DNA of 64,000 nucleotides from an uncultured delta proteobacterium. GTDB lineage: Bacteria; Desulfobacterota; Binatia; UBA9968. The number at the start of each line of letters is the position of its first letter. The first letter of the stretch is position 1. Below are positions 60,846-64,000 of this stretch, piece after piece. The notes beneath the pieces were generated by a model. It had not been told where the DNA came from. It searched no databases and saw nothing but the letters and a program-made list of their open reading frames with translations. The stretch lies in NCBI GenBank assembly GCA_963816145.1, contig CAWFJP010000029.1:288001-352000 (forward strand). The letters are read 5' to 3'. Position numbers and translations under genes: made by a program.

Positions 60846-61190
60846 TTAATACTCGGTCTGACGCGTACGTTGGATCTGTTGATTGTTACGATTGATGGTC
60901 TGCTGGTTCTGTTGAATCTGCTGTTGGTTCGTCTGGTATTGTTGCTGCTCTTCCTGCCCTTGCATGTAATCGCCGACCAGTGCGCCAGCGCCCAAGCCGA
61001 CCGCTCCGCCGATCGCCGCGCCTGTCCCTGGCCGGCCCACCGCTGCACCGATGAGACCGCCGGCCGCCGCGCCGCCCAGGGCACCGATACCTGCGCCTTT
61101 TTCACGGGTCGTCAGTGAACCCCCGGAGCATCCAACGAAGATCATGCCGGCGACTCCCAGCGCCATCCATCTTTGCGTCATGACTTTCAT
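60846..61190 (-). CDS. Glycine-zipper lipoprotein with Gln-rich tail
   Basis: Lipobox FVGC, GAGIGALGGAAAGGLIG repeats, AGGAGG RBS. Confidence 0.85.
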   Translation of the reverse strand: MKVMTQRWMALGVAGMIFVGCSGGSLTTREKGAGIGALGGAAAGGLIGAAVGRPGTGAAIGGAVGLGAGALVGDYMQGQEEQQQYQTNQQQIQQNQQTINRNNQQIQRTRQTEY

Positions 61191-61239
61191 ACTACCTCCT
61201 ACGAAATCGATTCGGACCGAAATTAGTTTCTTCTTAAGC

Positions 61240-61255
61240 AGCAATGTCATTGCCA
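61240..61255 (-). promoter_or_regulatory. Sigma54 -24/-12 promoter of the glycine-zipper gene
   Basis: Minus strand TGGCAAT-GACA-TTGCT, about 50 nt upstream of the ATG. Confidence 0.7.
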
Positions 61256-61365
61256 CGCCGCTTAGGTCCGTTTAAGCGGAAGTTTATCGAAATCAGGGAC
61301 CGATTGGACGTAATTGTTGCTGGAGATTTCTCCACTTTCGCTCCAAGTTTGGCCCATGTCGGCGC

Positions 61366-61686
61366 TTATTTGCCCCGCGCCATGGCTTCGACATCGGCGA
61401 TGGTCGGTTTGTCCAAGCGGAATGCGCGGTGGGCGCGCCACTCCAAAACCTCCATCTCGCGGATGCCGCGTTGGTGGTGCGGGTCGGTGGCGGCGAGCGC
61501 TTTAGCTTCCTCAAGGTTCGCCGCCAGCATCACATAGACGCCATAGCGGCCGTCGGTGGTTGGGCCGGAAAACATCAGCCGGCCGGCCCGATGTTGATCG
61601 TCGAGCCACTGGCGATGATCTTCATAGTTACGTTGTTTGTCTTGTTCTTTTTCCGGCAGCGATCGCGACATCACCAGATACCACAT
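61366..61686 (-). CDS. YciI family protein
   Basis: H..WL, FSGPT, NLEEA..LAATDPH. Confidence 0.85.
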   Translation of the reverse strand: MWYLVMSRSLPEKEQDKQRNYEDHRQWLDDQHRAGRLMFSGPTTDGRYGVYVMLAANLEEAKALAATDPHHQRGIREMEVLEWRAHRAFRLDKPTIADVEAMARGK

Positions 61687-61856
61687 ATCGATTCCTCCAA
61701 GATTTTCTACCCTCTGAATCCGATCTTAACGACGCGCGTGCAAAATTACCACTTGCGTCGCCAATTCACCGCGGATAAAAAGGGTTCACGCAGGGAAGGT
61801 TGAATCAGGCCGCAACGCGGGCACTGGAACTAATTCACGATCGAGAAGGAGTAACC

Positions 61857-62861
61857 ATGATTATAGATGTTCATGGACATGTTTCGCCGCCCACCGAGTT
61901 GTGGGCCTACAAGGCGAATATTCTATCCGCCCGGGGATCTCACGGCCGGGGCGGCGTCAACGTTTCCGATGACGAAATCCGCGCGGCGGCGAATCGGAAA
62001 GAAAACTGGGCGAAGGGCCATTTGGATTATCTGAAAGACCATGGCACCGACGTGCAACTGATCTCGCCGCGGCCGTTTCAGCTCATGCAGTCGGAGAAGC
62101 CGGCGAAATTGGTGCACTGGTTTGCCGAGGAATGCAACAATATCATCGCCCGGCAGATGAAGCTATTTCCCAACACCTTTCTCGGAGTTTGCGGTTTGCC
62201 GCAGGCGGCCGGCGAGCCGATTCAAAACGTCTTGCCAGAGCTGGAGCGCTGCGTGAAGTTGGGCTTTGTCGGTTGTCTGTTGAATCCGGATCCTTACGAA
62301 AATGGCGGGCAGGAAGCGCCGCCGCTGGGTGACCGCTATTGGTACCCGCTCTACGAGAAACTCTGCGAACTCGACGCGCCGGCGCATATCCACGGGACTG
62401 GTTCCCGTTCGGAGCGCAGCCCGTACTCGGTTCATTTCATCAACGAGGAAACCATCGCGGTATTCGGCCTGGTCAACTCGGCGGTGTTCCAGGATTTTCC
62501 CAAACTTAAAATCATCGTCAGCCACGGCGGCGGCGCGATTCCTTACCAACTCGGCCGCTTCGAGGCGCCGTCGCTGCGCCGCGGCACGGGCGCGCGCTTT
62601 TCCGACGGCCTGCGTAAGCTCTACTTCGATACCGTGCTCTATACCGAGGATGCCGTGCGCCTGTTGATCAAGACCGTCGGCGCCGACCGTTGCCTGTTCG
62701 GCACCGAGTGCCCGGGCACCGGTTCGTCGGTTGATCCGGCGACCGGACGATCGATGGACAATGTAAAGCCGATAGTGGAGAACATCGAAACTTTGAGCGC
62801 GGCGGATAAGCAAAAGATTTTTAGCGACAACGCCAAGACGGTGTTTAACTTGAAGATTTAG
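61857..62861 (+). CDS. Amidohydrolase, LigJ (4-oxalomesaconate hydratase)-like
   Basis: MIIDVHGH, SDDEIR, ISPR, LPQ, ELERCV..GF.GC.LNPDP, WYPLYEK, HGGGAIPY, FGTE. Confidence 0.75.
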   Translation: MIIDVHGHVSPPTELWAYKANILSARGSHGRGGVNVSDDEIRAAANRKENWAKGHLDYLKDHGTDVQLISPRPFQLMQSEKPAKLVHWFAEECNNIIARQMKLFPNTFLGVCGLPQAAGEPIQNVLPELERCVKLGFVGCLLNPDPYENGGQEAPPLGDRYWYPLYEKLCELDAPAHIHGTGSRSERSPYSVHFINEETIAVFGLVNSAVFQDFPKLKIIVSHGGGAIPYQLGRFEAPSLRRGTGARFSDGLRKLYFDTVLYTEDAVRLLIKTVGADRCLFGTECPGTGSSVDPATGRSMDNVKPIVENIETLSAADKQKIFSDNAKTVFNLKI

Positions 62862-62943
62862 GGTTCAAGCTATCTAAATCATTTAGGCTGCTCAAAACGT
62901 AAGAGAGGGTTCACCAAAGCGGCGACCGGCACGATTAAATTTT

Positions 62944-64000
62944 ATGTTACCGCGGGAAGAGAATGACCTACTAACCCGAGTCGGACCCGGCACGGCGATG
63001 GGGCAGTTGATGCGCTGCTATTGGATTCCAGCGCTGTTGGCGGAAGAGATTCCCATCGCCGACGGTGCGCCGGTGCGGGTCAGACTTCTAGGTGAGGATC
63101 TCGTGGCCTTCCGTGATTCTAAAGGCCGGGTCGGCTTGCTCGGCGAGCACTGCGCCCACCGAGGCACGTCGTTGTTTTTTGGCCGTAACGAACAGTGCGG
63201 TCTGCGCTGTGTCTACCATGGTTGGAAATACGACGTGGACGGCCATGTCTTGGAAACCCCGGCGGAGCCGGCGGATAGCGACTTTCGGAAAAGGCTCCAT
63301 CACACAGCGTATCCCTGTCAGGAAATCGCCGGGATGATTTTCACATACATGGGTGCCCTGGAAAGAATGCCGCTCATGCCGCGCTACGAGTGGGCGGAGC
63401 TGCAGCCGGGCCATCTGTTTCCGGTAAAATCCTTTCTTGAATGCAATTATCTCCAGGGCATCGAGGGCGACTTCGACTCCTCGCATACGTCATTTCTGCA
63501 CAACAATAACATTCAGAACGCCGAACGCTTAAAACGTGACGGCGCACCAACGTTGGAAGCCGAGGAAACCCGCTACGGTATGCGGGCGATTTCGATCCGT
63601 AAGTTTGGTGCCGAGCAGATCTACGTGCGCACGAGCCCGTACATCATGCCATCGTTCAGCATCGTGCCGGGACTGCCGACGGCCAAGTTCGAAGCGGATG
63701 ACATTCGCGGCTTTCGTTTTTGGGTGCCCGTGGATGACGGCTCTACTTGGCTTTATATTTTGAACATGCGCAAACAGCCGTTCGACGACGAGGAGCGCAA
63801 GGCATTGCGCAGTTGGGTCGAGCCTGACTACCGGCGCAAGCGGAATCTCCACAACGATTATCTCATTGACCGGGGCTTGCAGCGCACCCGGCTTTACTCG
63901 GGAATCGAAGCCGTCAATCCGGCGGAACAGGACGGCTGCGCGACCGAAACCATGGGGCCGATATTCGACCGCTCAAAAGAACATTTGGCCTACAGCGACA
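62944..64000 (+). CDS. Rieske non-heme iron oxygenase alpha subunit (phthalate 4,5-dioxygenase-like), 3' truncated
   Basis: Manual translation: MLPREENDLLTRVGPGT, CAHRG, CVYHGWKYD, EGDFDSSHTSFLH; absent from the ORF track because it has no stop in the window. Confidence 0.9.
   Translation, partial: MLPREENDLLTRVGPGTAMGQLMRCYWIPALLAEEIPIADGAPVRVRLLGEDLVAFRDSKGRVGLLGEHCAHRGTSLFFGRNEQCGLRCVYHGWKYDVDGHVLETPAEPADSDFRKRLHHTAYPCQEIAGMIFTYMGALERMPLMPRYEWAELQPGHLFPVKSFLECNYLQGIEGDFDSSHTSFLHNNNIQNAERLKRDGAPTLEAEETRYGMRAISIRKFGAEQIYVRTSPYIMPSFSIVPGLPTAKFEADDIRGFRFWVPVDDGSTWLYILNMRKQPFDDEERKALRSWVEPDYRRKRNLHNDYLIDRGLQRTRLYSGIEAVNPAEQDGCATETMGPIFDRSKEHLAYSD

Noticed and set aside
58963-60919. 74 bp repeat at a gene 3' end as a DGR template/variable repeat pair
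   Set aside because: The four mismatches are not adenine-specific on the coding strand (two are C/T third-position changes), and no reverse transcriptase is in the window.
1084-63852. Numerous overlapping antisense and alternate-frame ORFs in the ORF track
   Set aside because: They are shadow ORFs typical of high-GC coding DNA, or translations of REP repeats, with no recognisable motifs.

Overview
GC-rich bacterial chromosomal window. The gene content (many NMT1/SsuA-like ABC substrate-binding proteins, amidohydrolases, cupins, an LLM oxidoreductase, dense palindromic intergenic repeats) resembles soil Deltaproteobacteria-like lineages such as Binatota; this is inference only. From left to right: (1) phosphate/energy genes (ppk1 tail, atypical pyruvate kinase, signal-peptide Ppx/GppA); (2) an ~11 kb selenoneine/ergothioneine neighbourhood: GH84 O-GlcNAcase-like gene, senA and senB on the minus strand, an FGE-sulfatase protein, LysE exporter, desaturase, egtD and a divergent OsmVWX/EgtUV-like ABC importer; (3) catabolic and transport genes; (4) uvrB, uvrC, comEC; (5) thrC and metB; (6) tandem cysteine-dioxygenase-like cupins, one split by a truncated IS1182-family element; (7) an orphan tadE-tadE-tadG(vWA) cassette behind a sigma54 promoter and a c-di-GMP-II riboswitch whose aptamer overlaps a terminator; (8) a LigJ-like hydratase and a Rieske oxygenase running off the end. 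The best candidates for new biology are the GH84 glycosidase coupled to SenA/SenB and the sigma54 plus c-di-GMP-II controlled Tad tip cassette. Several single-base frameshifts (senB, 5' end of senA, ABC permease-SBP, MFS) may be assembly errors. No rRNA, tRNA or CRISPR array was seen. All family calls come from motif recognition by eye; no database searches were run.
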